This document shows positions 39,014-52,700 of a stretch of DNA of 64,000 nucleotides, in pieces. The notes under the pieces were generated by a model. That model did not search any database. It had not been told where the DNA came from and saw only the letters and a program-made list of their open reading frames with translations. The stretch lies in assembly GCA_009602725.1 (NCBI GenBank), contig WELB01000016.1, forward strand, positions 213,149 to 277,148, in the 5' to 3' direction. The first letter of the stretch is position 1, and every line of letters starts with the position of its first letter. Origin of the DNA: Spirogloea muscicola. Its lineage: Eukaryota. Both the position numbers and the translations under genes were made by a program.

Positions 39014-42000
39014 ATGCAGCACTCTCACCGCTGCTTCTCAGCTCTGGCGCTCTCGCCTGGGAGGGGGGACCCGTGGCTTCCTCGAGCCCTCACAGTTTGC
39101 TAGCTGCCAACCACCAAGCACGGCAGCCTTGATGGTGCCTTGGCCCCCTGCTCGGGCACCCTCCCCGGCCCAGGGAGGGGAGTGAGCGAGTGGGAGCCAG
39201 CTCGCATGGGCGGCGCATTATGCTGACGGAGAGAAGGCAGCGGGACAGGCTGGGTTGGGCTTGTGGAAGCGGAGGAGAGATGGAGACAGAAAGAGGAGCA
39301 TGCAGAGCTTGCAGGCGTGGCTTCGGTCTTTCAGTGTGGCATGTCAGTAGCTTGTCGGGCTCTGATGTGGGCCTTGTGGATACAGGTACTGGCGCCTGGC
39401 ACGATACTGCCACCACTCGCGGCGCTGGTGGGCGCAGGCGAGGCGCCCCGAGGCTACGGCGTTGCTGCTCTCCAGATGAAGGCTGGATCGAGCCATGGTG
39501 CCCGCAGGTCCATCCGCGCGGAGATCAACAACATGCTGCGGCGCCACAACCGCATCGTGCCGCTGGGTGCCTCGCCAGCGGCACACGGTGCGCCGAGCAG
39601 CGGCGATGTCAAGGGCATGGAGCAGCTGCAGCTCAAGGCTGGTGGCGGCGACCCACGACTGCCTGCTGGTCGGGGCGAGAAGCGTGTGCTCATCCTGATG
39701 AGCGATACGGGCGGCGGCCACCGCGCCAGCGCAGATGCCATCCGCACTGCCATCCAGGAGGAGTTTGGCTCCGAGTACAAGGTTAGCTGCTGCCGCTGGT
39801 GCCGCTGCCGCACTCCCTTGCCGCTCTCAAGCCTACAAGGCATGGACATCTTTCATGATGGTTGCGGAGGTTGCAGAGATAGGGGTTGGTTGCTCACTGA
39901 CTGCGAGCATGGCCTGTTACTCGGTTTGTCGGTTGTACCAGGTGGCAATCATTGATCTGTGGAAGGAGCACACCCCGTGGCCATTTAACCAGATGCCAGA
40001 CAGCTACAGCTTTCTGGTCAAGCACGAGGCGCTGTGGAAGGTGGCATTCCACGCCTCCAAGCCGCGCTTTGTGCACCAGCCCCACATGGCCGTCACGTCC
40101 GCCTTCGTCGCCCGTGAGGTCGCGAAGGGCCTCAACAAGTACGCGCCGGACATCATCGTGAGCGTGCACCCGCTCATGCAGCACATCCCGCTGCGCGTAC
40201 TGCGGTCGCGTGGCCTCCTGCATAAGATCCCCTTCACCACAGTCATCACTGACCTCTCCACCTGCCACCCCACCTGGTGAGTAATGCCTGCCTGCCAAGA
40301 GCGGCGCTGCTACAGGCATTGGATGCACCGAGTGATGTGGTCAAATCAAACAAAGTAGTGTGTGAGAGAAGCTGCAAGCAGTGGGCAACTCTGGTACAGA
40401 GCCTGTGGTCTGGCTCTTTGAGCTGCTGCTGCTCATCAGCTTTGCCACGCCGGTGCCGCCAGGTTCCACAAGCTCGCAACGACGTGCTTCTGCCCGACAC
40501 TGGAGGTGGCGCAAAGGGCGCTCAAAGCTGGCCTGAAACCCGCCCAGATCAAAGTCCACGGCCTCCCTATCCGCCCCTCCTTCTGCAAGCCCGTAGCTCC
40601 TAAGGTGAGGCTTATGACTTTCAGCCCAACATATGAATGGCTTCATAGACTGAACCTCACATACATATATACCCAAGAAGGTATCTAGCAACGAGTTGGC
40701 CGTATGTTTGGTCTGCCAAAGATGGCCTGGACATGCCGAGTAGCTCCAATCATGGCGTTGCAGGATGAGCTGCGGCGGGAGCTGGGCATGGAGCTTGAGC
40801 TTCCTGCGGTCATCCTCATGGGCGGCGGCGAGGGTATGGGCCCTGTGGAGGCCACAGCGCTGGCCCTCGCCAAGGTTCTGAAGGACCGGACGAGTGGGCA
40901 GCCCATTGGTCAGCTGGTCGTCATCTGTGGTCGCAACAAGAAGCTCGAGGCTCGGCTGCTGGCTGTCAAATGGCCAATGCCTACCGTCGTGAGTATTTGT
41001 TGCACTCCTGTAGACAGGCTGCTTCAACGGCTTAGTCTTAGATTAAGAGTTTGCCAGCTTGTGTTGCTAGGCGAGGGTCCTTGTGTTTCAGTACTTGCTC
41101 CTGGGCATGTAATCAGAATACAAGCAAGCAAGATCTTTCCCCCAGGAGTCTGTGACTACTGCCTCTCCGTGCAAAGAGGTCAATGACATTGTTGTATCGC
41201 CGCCGTGCGTGGCTGTGCCTCAGATCAAGGGCTTTGTCACCAACATGTCGGAGTGGATGGCAGCATGTGACTGCGTGATCACAAAGGTATGTGCCGCAAA
41301 GGTTGAGGCTTTTGCTCGTGTTCGAGCTCCTCTATGATCATCCAGACATTGTATATTGTGGCAGTAAATGTTGCACGCGGTAAGATGCTGCAAGGGTGAC
41401 TTCTAATTTCTGAATTTCCAGCTGTCTTCTAGAAATGTCTAAGTGATTGTAGAATAGACTCAAACCCCTGTTTCTGCGCAAATTTGCAGGCTGGACCGGG
41501 CACAATTGCAGAGTCCATGATCAGAGGGCTGCCCATGGTGATCAATGACTTCATTGCCGGCCAGGTAGAAGCTGCCAGCAGCCAAGTTCATTAGGCTTGC
41601 TTGTCAGCAACCACTACCATCTCATGCTACCTTAGTGAGCAGTGCAACTCCATTTCAATTCAGGGCTCATATTCTTCTTGATGTCTTAGTGCATCGTATG
41701 GCGACTGCATTGCCTGTCTGTATTTCTTCTTCTGACTCCTTCATACTGAACCCTTAACTACCTGAACACTTCAACCCTCTGACTGTAGGAGGTGGGCAAT
41801 GTTCCCTTTGTTGTGAACAATGGGGCCGGGTACTACAAGGAGAAACCTACGGACATCGCCAGGGTTGTCGCGGACTGGTTTGGCCCGAAGCAGGCTGAGC
41901 TCCAGCGGATGGCTGCCAACGCCCTCAAGCTAGCTCGGCCTGATGCTGTGTTCAAGATTGTCCACGACCTCGACCGGCTGGTGCGCCGCCGCGAGACGCT

Positions 42001-42031
42001 GGAAAGACGTCAGCTCACTTATTCCATGTAG
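39014..42031 (+). CDS. MGD1: Monogalactosyldiacylglycerol synthase
   Basis: [74 protein letters not shown] and [11 protein letters not shown]. Start at 39014 is tentative. Confidence 0.95.
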
Positions 42032-42856
42032 AATCAGCCAATGCAGCTCCCTATCCATCCGCCCTTCCCTGCCCTCCCTTGGGGCAGGCATTTGGGGATT
42101 TTGCGTGCCACATTCTTATATCTTGCCTGTCATGGGCTGCTTGGAAGTCGTTTCTGATCTTTGATGACCTGAAGAGGGATGTACGTCTTCATTGTTCACT
42201 TACAAGTTTGAAAGTCCCAGGCTTCTGTGATGCCCGCAACATCGTGCCTGAGCTGCAGGTTGCACGATAAACTGCCATGCCACACTTGAATGCTCCAACT
42301 TATGAATCTACAAGCAGGGCAGCATTTACAACCGAGTGTCACAGCGTAGACTGCCTTACATGCTGGGAGGCACTGACATCAATATGGGGAGCGCTTTAGA
42401 CTACATACTGCGTGAGGCGCACTTGCAGTGTGGCCAACTGCCTCCTGCCTCCTGCCAACTGCCTCCCCCTTAAAACTGCTGATGTTGATGGAAGAATCTA
42501 CACAGGGTGCTTAATTATGCAAAGCCGTTGTACCTGAAAGGTGGCCCCAAAGTGGCATTCTAGCCCAGCCCCCAAAAGGCGAACAGTAATAGCCCCTTTG
42601 TTACTGCCCCCCCATTCTATCCCCTTATACAATCCACTACACAGTCTAGATTGTGCAGAGGGTTACTTGGTGTGCTTGTAAGGAACAATGCAGCGGCATT
42701 GTCACATGTTTACATGTATAACAGGAGTAAGGAATCAGGCCTCAGGGAAGGTTTCGAAGGACACAAACAAGTACACTCTAAAGGAATTTTCATTTACAGT
42801 GCAAGCTTGGTGGCCATCCCTCTAATGTGCAACTAAAGTCAACCTTAATCCCAGCA

Positions 42857-45800
42857 TCACTCTGGAAGGGCCTGCTCTGAATCCACGTTCTCTCCATCAT
42901 CCATCTGAGGCTGCTGTGGCCCACCTCCGCCAGCTTGCTTCTTCTTGATGCCACTGACAATGTCGTCTATCCTGAGGAGCATGTTGGCTGCTTCCACTGC
43001 CGTCTTTATTGTCTGCACCTTCACCTCATACGGCTCCCACACCTGGCAGCAGCAACAGAACATTGTTAAACAACCAGATGATGATCCCTGGGTGTAGGGC
43101 AAGCAATGTAAAGTCACAAGGGTGCAGTAAATCATATGCATAAGCACAAGCTACGATACTGAGTTGGTGTGCAACACATCGTCCAAGCTCTGCCTGAGCG
43201 AAATCTGAGTACTAATAGCCAGCATCCTGTCTTGCCAGACACTAGCAGCCTGCTTCTTACCCCGAGCTCTTTCATGTCTGTTATGGCTCCGGTGTTGCCG
43301 TCAATGCCAATGGTAGTGTTTTCGCCATTTGCATGCTACAAGATTTTTGACAATGCACAAGGCATCAAGCCTCCTGTAGGGGAGTGATACTTATGTACCT
43401 CTGCCAGAAAAGCTTCACAAGAGACTACTGAACAATGCAATTGACATATTCTTATCCTAATCCTCTCACAGCAAGGTACACTGAAAAAGTCTGGTGCAGA
43501 CCTTGGCCTGAAGAGCTGTCATCACCCTGATGACATTGACCCCGCAGTTTTGAGCAAGGGTTCTAGGAATAACCCCCAGTGCCTCTGCTACTGCTCGGTA
43601 CGGATACTGCAGCAAACAAAGCTCAGTGACAGGAAACCCGTCAACCTTCCACTGGCAGCCTGTATACCAGTAGTGACCAACTCTAGCTGTACATAAGGAG
43701 TCCAGAAGGGCAAAGCATCATGCCAGATGTTGAAAGGACAACAGAAGGGACTGCAGGACGTGCCTGCTCGATGCCCTCAAGCGAAGCAGCCTTCTCCTTT
43801 AGCTCGGCTGCCACTGAGAGCTCCACAGCACCCCCACCTGGCACAAGCTTGGGGTCCACGACAACGTTGCGAGCAACACCCATCGCGTCCTGCAGCGGGC
43901 ATACCACCGTTTCTTGTGATAAACCCTTGTGATCTTCTTTCTAGTTGCACTGGCAAGTCGTAAACATTGACAGGCATTCTCAACGAAGTGGAGACCAGAC
44001 ACAACAATAGCACGCATGTACCTGCAAGTTGCGCTCGACCTCGTTGAGGACATCCTTGCTCGCGCCTCGGAGGAGGATGGTGCAGGCCTTGGGGTCTTTG
44101 CAGCCCACTATGAAAGAGAAGTATTCATCGCCGATTTTCTGAACCTCAAAGACGCCGGCGCCAGTCCCCACATCGCTCTCCCTGAGCTCCTCGGGACGGT
44201 TGACGATTGTGGCACCCGTGGCACGAGCGATGCGGTTGTTGTCAGTCTTGCGCAGGCGGCGAATGGCGCTGATGCCGGCCTTGCTCAGAAAGTGGACGGC
44301 CAGGTCCGACAGGCCCTTTTCGGTGACGACAAGGTCAGGCTTCACAGCAGCAATCTGTGCGCAGATCCGCTCAATGTACTCCTCCTCCAACTTGAGCAGC
44401 ACTGCCCTGACACACGAGAAAATCCCACGACGGCTGTGAGGCCAAGGTGCAGCCCATCTTACATGACATGGCAGAGACTGGGTACTGAAGGACGAGACAG
44501 CTACAGAAACGCCTCAAAATCCAAAGTGCAGCCTCTGTTGAGATCATCGATGACAGTCAATCTCATAGCTGCATGCATTGTCATCTTCTCACCAGTCCTC
44601 TTCCTTGAGGATCTCCACATTGGTCTGGTTCTCACCCTTCTTGTACTCCAGCGGGCAGTCCAGGAGCACAATCCTGGGGTTCTGTATCCTGCGCCGCATC
44701 TTACCAGGTGCCACCACGTCCTTGTTGATCATCACGCCGCTCAGCACCTTGCAGTCCTCTATTCTACCCCCTGTATGACAACACGCAGTTCTCATAGGAG
44801 TGTTGTCACAGCTACTCCTGCAGTAGCACCAGTCAGTGCCAGCTTGTGACGTAGTCGTGCGTCAAATTCACAAGCCAGGATTGTGAGCTGTAGCTGCCAG
44901 TCTGGAAGATCATAGTCTCATGGCAGACTCACCAGGCAGCTTCTCCACCTTGGCGTATTTTTTGATGTCTACCTCTCTCCTTCCTCCTCCCACCTCCCTG
45001 GAGACCGTGAGGACTGCATCAAGAGCAAGCTCCTGCTTGACCACACGAGCCTCGTCAACACAGCCATCGCGCACGTTTGCTGTGCTGCATGCATATGCTC
45101 GGCCTGCTAATTGTGGCATCTAAGCTATGTGAGGAAGCAAATGCAGAAATCTTGTGAATTTGCCAGCAGAGTCAAGGAGCTATTAAGCAGAGGAACAGGA
45201 CACCTAGCAGAGGAGAAAGCAGAAGCCTGCAAGGTGCTATAATCTGACCGCCATTAGGGTGCCAAAGCGGTTAGTGAACTTGGTCCCAATGCAGCTCTGG
45301 ATGATCTTAAGCATCTGCTGCCCTGCCCAGCAGATTCTCACAGGAGGGAGGCTTCAGCACTTCGCAAGGGAGTCAGAGAGCCAAAGTTCAGCTGTGAAGA
45401 GGTGCTTATGGAGCCCCCTCACTTGCCAGGAGCTTCAGAGTGAGGCTTTCGGTCAAGACATCTGGACAGGTGCGGAAAGGCCCCTCACTGTCATTGGGAT
45501 CGATTGGGAAGGAGATTCGGTCAATCACGTCAATGGCATCATCCAAGGCGCGCGCATATGCTGCAACACACCACCCACCAGTCCAGTTGTCAGAAACATC
45601 AATAGCGTGAGAACCTGTAGTGCTAAGCTGAAAGCTCAACTCCACGTACAGTGTCAGGGCCATCAGTCACGTGGAGACCATGAGCGCCAAGCTCAAAGCT
45701 CATATCCAGATACGATAGCTTTAACTCCTGGTTTTAGACTCGGGCTTTTCTGTCAAACTCCCTCTCTCAAAGTCACAGGCAAGTTGCAGCTGATGCCACA

Positions 45801-46853
45801 TACCCTTCATGCATCCTCGCGCTGGCTTGGGTAGTCCAGATCCTGGAGCAAGTATATCACCAAGCAGGGCTAGTGGGTAGGCAGAGGATCACTAGGGTGA
45901 CCTCTTGCTGGCTCACAGTTCAAGCTGCGGGCTGCTCACCACGGCAGATGACAGTGGGGTGGAAGCCTTTCTCCAGGAATGGCTCCGCAACAGTCAGCAT
46001 CTCGGCGGCTGCCACAAGAAGGGAGCACGATGTGCAAAGTGCAAAGGGGACAATTAGAGAGCGCAAAAGTACGGGTTTATGTTAGAGTTGGGGCCTGTCA
46101 AAGCAACAACTACTGACTAGCTTACACTAGTGTAGGAGGGGCCTGTCGCCGGCCTACCTAGGATGATGACGGAGGTCGTCCCGTCGCCGACCTCCTCGTC
46201 CTGAGTCCGGCTCAGCTCGATCATCGACTGGAGCACAGGAGTGCCAGACCCACCAGACATGGAGATCACACACTGTCAGCGGCGCTCTGTGAGGGCTCCG
46301 CGAGGCAAATGCTGTCGCTGTCGCAACTCTGGAGCCAGGCGTTCAGCTGGCAGTGAGCTGCCACAAGCTTAAGACTCGGGCGTGCCACTCGCCTTGGCTG
46401 CAGGGTGGTTGACGTCGATCTCGCGCAGGATGGCGTTCCCGTCGTTGGTCAGCACAATCCCTGCGCACGCGCCGCCGTCGAGTCCACCACGTCGGCGTGG
46501 ACTACGGTGCCCAAGCGCCCAGAATGACGGATGCATAGCTGCGCACGCAAGCTGCGCTCCGCCAAGCTGCTGGGCTTGTGGGTCCGAGCGCCCACAAGCG
46601 TGCGAGCGCACGCACCTCCGGTGGCGTCCAGGAGCATCTTGAGCATCGAGCGCGGCCCCAGCGTAGTGCGGATGATGTCGGCGACCGCCTGCGGCGGCCG
46701 CGGCGAGACGTCCGCGTGTTGGGAGCCGCAGCGCAGCGCGGCGCCGGGGGACTGACGAGCGGCAGCAGGGCATGGGCGCCGCGGCGCGGACCTTGGCGGC
46801 CTGGATGTTGGCCAGCTGCGCCTTGCGCCCGGTGTCGCGCCTCGTCGCCTGGT
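42857..46853 (-). CDS. CCT3: Chaperonin CCT/TRiC gamma subunit; first short exon presumably in the gap
   Basis: AVADIIRTTLGPRSMLKMLLD, TNDGNAILREI, QDEEVGDGTTSV, RIVLLDCPLEYKKGENQT, CKDPKACTILLRG and LLRIDDIVSG. Confidence 0.97.
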
Positions 46854-46892
46854 CTGCCGCGGCCGCCGCGGCCGCGACGAGCGCGCGCCCCC

Positions 46893-47017
<125 letters not shown>

Positions 47018-47454
47018 NNNNNNNNNNNNNNNNNNNNNNNNNNNNNNNNNNNNNNNNNNNNNNNNNNNNNNNNNNNNNNNNNNNNNNNNNNNNNNNNNNN
47101 NNNNNNNNNNNNNNNNNNNNNNNNNNNNNNNNNNNNNNNNNNNNNNNNNNNNNNNNNNNNNNNNNNNNNNNNNNNNNNNNNNNNNNNNNNNNNNNNNNNN
47201 NNNNNNNNNNNNNNNNNNNNNNNNNNNNNNNNNNNNNNNNNNNNNNNNNNNNNNNNNNNNNNNNNNNNNNNNNNNNNNNNNNNNNNNNNNNNNNNNNNNN
47301 NNNNNNNNNNNNNNNNNNNNNNNNNNNNNNNNNNNNNNNNNNNNNNNNNNNNNNNNNNNNNNNNNNNNNNNNNNNNNNNNNNNNNNNNNNNNNNNNNNNN
47401 NNNNNNNNNNNNNNNNNNNNNNNNNNNNNNNNNNNNNNNNNNNNNNNNNNNNNN

Positions 47455-50400
47455 CCCCGCCGCCATCCGCCTCGCACCTCACCGGGCCAGTGCCGCCGCC
47501 GCAGCCGCTGCCGGCCCTCCGCCAGCCCCGGCGCCGCCGTCGCCAGGGCCATTGCCAGCGTCAGCTCCGCTTCTGGCGCCGCCCCCGTTGCTGCCATCGC
47601 TGCCGACAGCGTCGGGCCTCGGTGCCGCGGCGCCTGTGCCCGGGATGTCTGCGGCGACCGGCTCGCCTGCGCCGCGGGCTATCCCCGCCGTCGTCGAGCC
47701 GCTCCGCACCTCCGCCACTGGGGCTGCGCCGGTGGAGGAGCTGGGAGCCGCCTCCGTTGGAGACAGCCTCGCCACGCTGCTTCCGCCATGCTTGCCCTGC
47801 GAGGCAAGCTCGTGCCCACCAGCTCCATGCTGCAGCGGCAAGGGGGACCCTCTCAACAGCGACGACGCTGAGGCAGACAGTGGCCATCAAGGTCCGCATT
47901 GCGCGCCGCCCGCAGCGCTGCCACTGCGGCAGCCCATCGGCAGAGAAATGCGGTGCGGTCTCCTGCTGCCGTGGCTCAGCGTGCCATGGAGACTCTGGGG
48001 CCATGTGGGCGTAGGCGACGCCGCTGCCACCGACGACCCGGACAGCAGCAGCCTGACGCCCCGGGGGGAGGCGGCGCCGCCGGCGCCTCCGGAGCTCCGT
48101 GGTGCGTACCTGGTCGACTCGTCGGGCGCGCTGTGGGAGCTCATCCGAGACGGCAGTACGAGTGGGACGCGCTACGACTGGAGCGCCGAGGAGCTGAGAG
48201 CCCGGCAGTACGACGTGGCCTGCCGAGGTGAGAGCCTCATGTCATGGCTGCGGCCACTCACTGCCGTCGCCTCGGCAGGCTTTGGAGCTTACACTGGGTC
48301 AGCTGCATTGCGGCGAGCAGGCATTGGGAAGGCCCTGTGCTTCGTGGAGGCCCGCCAGGACGACCAGTGCGAGCCGCCGCCTGTTGAGCTCGCGCTCTTC
48401 CGTCGGGTCCAGGGTTCTCCGCCTGCCAGGACCTGCGCCACGGCTGGCACGGCTGCCAAGCTCCTGCCGCTCTCGGCCATTGCAGTTCTGCCGGATGATG
48501 TCCCGTCGCTCAGCATTAGGCCCGGGCCATGTCAAGAGTCAGGGGCTGTCTGCGCCCCTTCAGCACCAGCGCCGCCGCCCCTGGCGCTGGCGCTCGAAGA
48601 GACGGCAGCCTTTGCTGCTTCGGGCAGAGTCGGCGCCCCGCCTGGCCAGCCGGCATCGGTGGCGGAGCGCCTGTCGGAAGCCGTGCTGAGCCTCTCGCGG
48701 GCTGCCGCAGCCGGCCCGGCGCTGGCCGCGTGGCAGGGGCCCGGCGGCCACCTCGGCCAAGCGCTCGTCAACCTCACCCAGCACTTTGCAGCGCCAGCAT
48801 CCAGCGAGCCCGAGGTTGCCGCTGCAGCCGCCGGTGCAACTGCGGTGCCCTCTGCCTCGCATCGCCAACCTGCTCCAGAGAGGGTACAAGACATGGAGCC
48901 GCCGCCGTCGAGTCAGGTCGCCAGGGCGGTGGCCAAGGAGTTTGCCGTCTTCCTGCATGAGGGCCTGGCGGAGCAGCGTGCTGAGGCATTGCAGGTGATA
49001 GGGCTGTCCCAGGCCCGCTGATTGTTTATGAAGGCCGATGGAGCCTCGACCTTATATTTTGTCACTATCATTATGTCTTCAGGCGGATGACAGCTCCGCT
49101 GCTCCTTGATGAAAATCTGTGTCTCCCTTATTATTGGGTATGGCTGCAAGCTCTTGTGTCAGGCTGCTGCTGAGAGCCTCTTCACACAGGCAAAGTGGTG
49201 CGCCCGCCAAAGCGAGGAGCGGCTGCGGGAGGCTGCGCAGCAGGCAGCCGCAGCCGCAGAGAATGCTGCAAGGACGCTTTGCCAAGTGCAGAAGGCCATC
49301 TGCAGCGCCGATGTAGAGAAAGAGGCGCTGGCCCAGCGGGCGAGCCTCGCGGAGGTCAGTTGGGTGGCGACGGGCCATACCACCGATTTGCTGAGCACAG
49401 CTGCCAATGCCCTTAAGTAATTGAGGCTGACCGAAGTTGCGCTCCTCTCCCTGAGCCGCAGGCGGACTTGGCTGCGGCGCTGAAAATCAAGGACGAGCTG
49501 CGGCAGAGCCTGCTGAAGGCGCAGGAGGAAATTGGGGCACACAAGCAGCGAGTGCAGTCACTGAACGAGACCGTGGAGTCGATGGTGAACGCATACAAGA
49601 TGTCACTGGAGCAGGCAGCATTGGAGGCTGAGGCCGCCAAGGCACGGATTTTGGAGGCGGAGTGCGTTGCTGCGTGCAAGGACGAGAAGATTGGGGAGCT
49701 GGAGTTCAAGATTCGCGAGATGGGCGTGACAGCGAGCCTGTACATGGCCATGCTCAAGGAGGCCGAGGCCGCTGCCAAGGAGGCCCGCAGCGAGGCCGAC
49801 CTTGCTTCACAGAAGCTCGTGGAATTGGAGAAAGTGAGCGGGCAGCTTGGCACCTAGACATGTCTTGTTCAGGCGTAGTTTGGCTTCGACTCTGCCATCT
49901 GCCTTGGCTTGGCTGCCATCAAGATCATCTAGTCTCGAAGACACATTAAGCAGGTGTACAATCACAAATTCTGTGAAAATTGTCAATTGTCTGAAATAAG
50001 GTCATGGGCTAATGTCTGTGATGTAGTTGGTTGTGCAGGCTGCCCAGAATGCGCAGAGCTTGGCAGAGGAGACGGCCAAGCGGCACGCGACAGAGGAGCA
50101 GGCGGCGGCCAGGGCCATAGAGCTCCGGCTCCTTCGGTTGTCTCAGTGTCTTCAGGAGGTCGAGGAAGAGCTAGGCGGACTCCGAGCACAGCTTCAGCTG
50201 GAGGAGCGCCGTCGCATGCTTGCAGAGCTTAGGCTGGAGAATTGCTGCTGCGCGCTCGCCAAAGAGGCTAATGGCACAAGGAGTGGAGGAGAGGTATCTG
50301 TGGAACTGAAGCATGCGCTCTGGAAATCACCACATCTCACTGCTGTTACAGTTGACAAGGCGAAGGAAGTTGCTGCAGCACAGGGGGATCATGATCTCCC

Positions 50401-50638
50401 CAAACTCCTCAACTTCGAAGTCGTTGCAGAGGAAAGGGCCGAGATGGAAGGTGTCAATGGCGATGCGCAGGGATTGGAGAGCTCGCATGGGATGGAAGTG
50501 GTAGATCATTGCAGTTATCTGGATACCAAGCTGGCAAATGTTAGGGCTGTCAGCTCACTCAGCCAAGCCGTGCCTCTTGGTTTGGAGGGAGAAACAGACG
50601 AAGACCGGAGTTTCACAGGTGTGTGGTTGAAATTGTAG
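47455..50638 (+). CDS. Hypothetical protein with Pro/Ala-rich N-terminus and C-terminal coiled coil
   Basis: Long first exon to about 48994, then in-phase GT-AG exons at about 49163-49353, 49462-49833 and 50039-50638 with coiled-coil character. No family recognised. Confidence 0.65.
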
Positions 50639-51430
50639 AGTTGATTTCATTGCAGGAGTGTGGAGCGGGGGGTTTATTCTGCTTGTACACTTATTTCTTA
50701 TGGAAGTTCTTACACAAACATGATTATGCACACGCACGTTTCGATTTTAAGATTCTCTCTCAACTGTTAGCCTCATTGCATGCAGATGTGCATACTGCCA
50801 TGAAGTGGTTAAGAAAATGTCACGGAATTTGAAAATAAAAGCACAGATGTAATCAATCGTTCTTTGGTGGATTGAACTGCTCATGATGATCATTTGTATG
50901 TTTGCCAACTCTTGATCAATGTACAGCTCCAATTGACATATTTAGGTGGACACTGTTCAGGCAATCATGGAGTAATGTACATGCATATATGGATTTTTGG
51001 CTTACGTAGTGTAGCCCTAGATGTTGTATCAGTGACTGCAAAGAGAAGGAAGTGGAATGTGTTCGCTGTAAGCTACTTCCAACTAGTAATGTATCATGAA
51101 CAAATTGCACAACCCTTGTCCTCAGACCCACGATAAGTTGTAACAGTCTCAAGTCAAGTTTTTCACGACTGCAAAAATAATGAGTAACATTGTTCAAAGT
51201 GGCAACAAGAGTGTAATCACATGCAGTACCTTCAGCATTTATGTAGTGGCTCAGCTAGGGAAATGTATGAGTGGTGAGGATCCTAGAGAAACTTCCAGAA
51301 TTGTCTATAAATTGCTCTTGTACAACTTATTTATACAACTGCCCTCTCATGGTGAATGTAAGCTTAACGGACTTGGCAGTGTTGACCCGTTTGCAATGGC
51401 ATCTACAGAAGTAAGAGAAGAGTTGCAGAA

Positions 51431-52700
51431 TTAGAACCAGCTCTTCTTGACGACGTGCCTGGGCGTAGCGCCAGCTTGCAGCACCGCCTGCGTATTTGCA
51501 TGCACCTCCCGGGCTAGGCCCGCCTGCTTCTGCTGGATAGCCCTCTTCATGTTCGCTGCATTCTGATGCGCCAGCTTCTCCTCCTCCACCGCTCGCTCAT
51601 GAGCCTGCTGCCTCATCTGATTGGCTTTTGTGGTGGCAGTTGCCTTTATTTTGTCCGTCGTCTCCTTCGTCTTTGTCATGATGTCGGCAATCTTCTTCTC
51701 CGCCTTAGCCATGAGCTGCAACCATATGCACAGCGCGATGTGGGTCAGCTTTTGCAGTTGAACTTACTATACAACCGTAGTACAGTCTGAAAACAAATCA
51801 CCGCTGGACTGGTAACCACCCACTAGCACAAGGTTGGGTCAAGCTGAGCTTGTAATCACCTTATCGGCCTTCTTGCTGACTGCGATCTCCCTGTGCTTGG
51901 CCGTCTCCACCTCCTTCTGCTCCTTGCTGTTGACGGAGGCAAACTCCTTGGTCACTTGGTTGTTCACCCGCATGGACTCCTTCTGCTGGTATTTGGTGGC
52001 CTTGTTTTCCAGCTTCTTCGTCTCCTCTGGGGATCGAGCGAGGGGTGCTGCACACGTGCAGGCAAGCAGTAATCAGCCTCAGGACATGTGCAGCAGCAGA
52101 CAAAGTCCAGTGAGTGACGTGCAAGGCATTGCCAAGGTTCTAAACAAGTTCTGTCTCAACTCAAGGTCAATCTCAGCCAGAGGACATTGGAGTGCCTCAC
52201 TAATCTCTGCCAAACAATGGAGGGTACAGATACACAAGGGCTGATTGCACAAGCCACAAGATTGTACCCTGTGCAATGGGGTCATGTGCAAGTGGGGTAG
52301 GTGCGTTGGTTGGTGTAGCGGGCGCTTGGGGGTGGATGACGCCAGTGTTCTGGGCGGCAGGCGCTTGGGGGTGGACGATGCCAGTATTCTGGGCGGCCGG
52401 GGACGGCATCATCTGTCACAGACATGCAGACGGCGTCAGGGGCTGCCGCATTGGGGGCTAACGTCTGCCTCAGGGTCAGTAGCAGCTCGGAAAGGTTGAG
52501 TACATAATGCTGCTGCTCGCCGCAGAGACTCATCTGGGCAAGCGAGCAATGCAGGCGGCTAGTGCCTGCGCAGCTGGCAGCGGGCACAGCACAGCGGCGA
52601 CAGCCCAAGAGGCGCGAGCGGGAGCCCGTGAGCGCGCGCGCACCTGCGGAGCGGGCGCCAGAGGGGCAGCCCCGATGTGGGCGGCGGGCGCCATCTCCAT
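51431..52700 (-). CDS. Remorin-like protein (Pro/Ala-rich N-terminus, coiled coil, ...AGATPRHVVKKSWF end)
   Basis: Exons 52700-52644, 52412-52268, about 52047-51860 and 51717-51431 splice in frame. The architecture resembles remorins, but the typical AWE motifs are absent. Confidence 0.55.
52321..52397 (-). repeat. 39-bp coding tandem repeat (PAAQNTG[IV][VI]HPQA x2)
   Basis: Two adjacent near-identical units seen directly. Confidence 0.9.
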
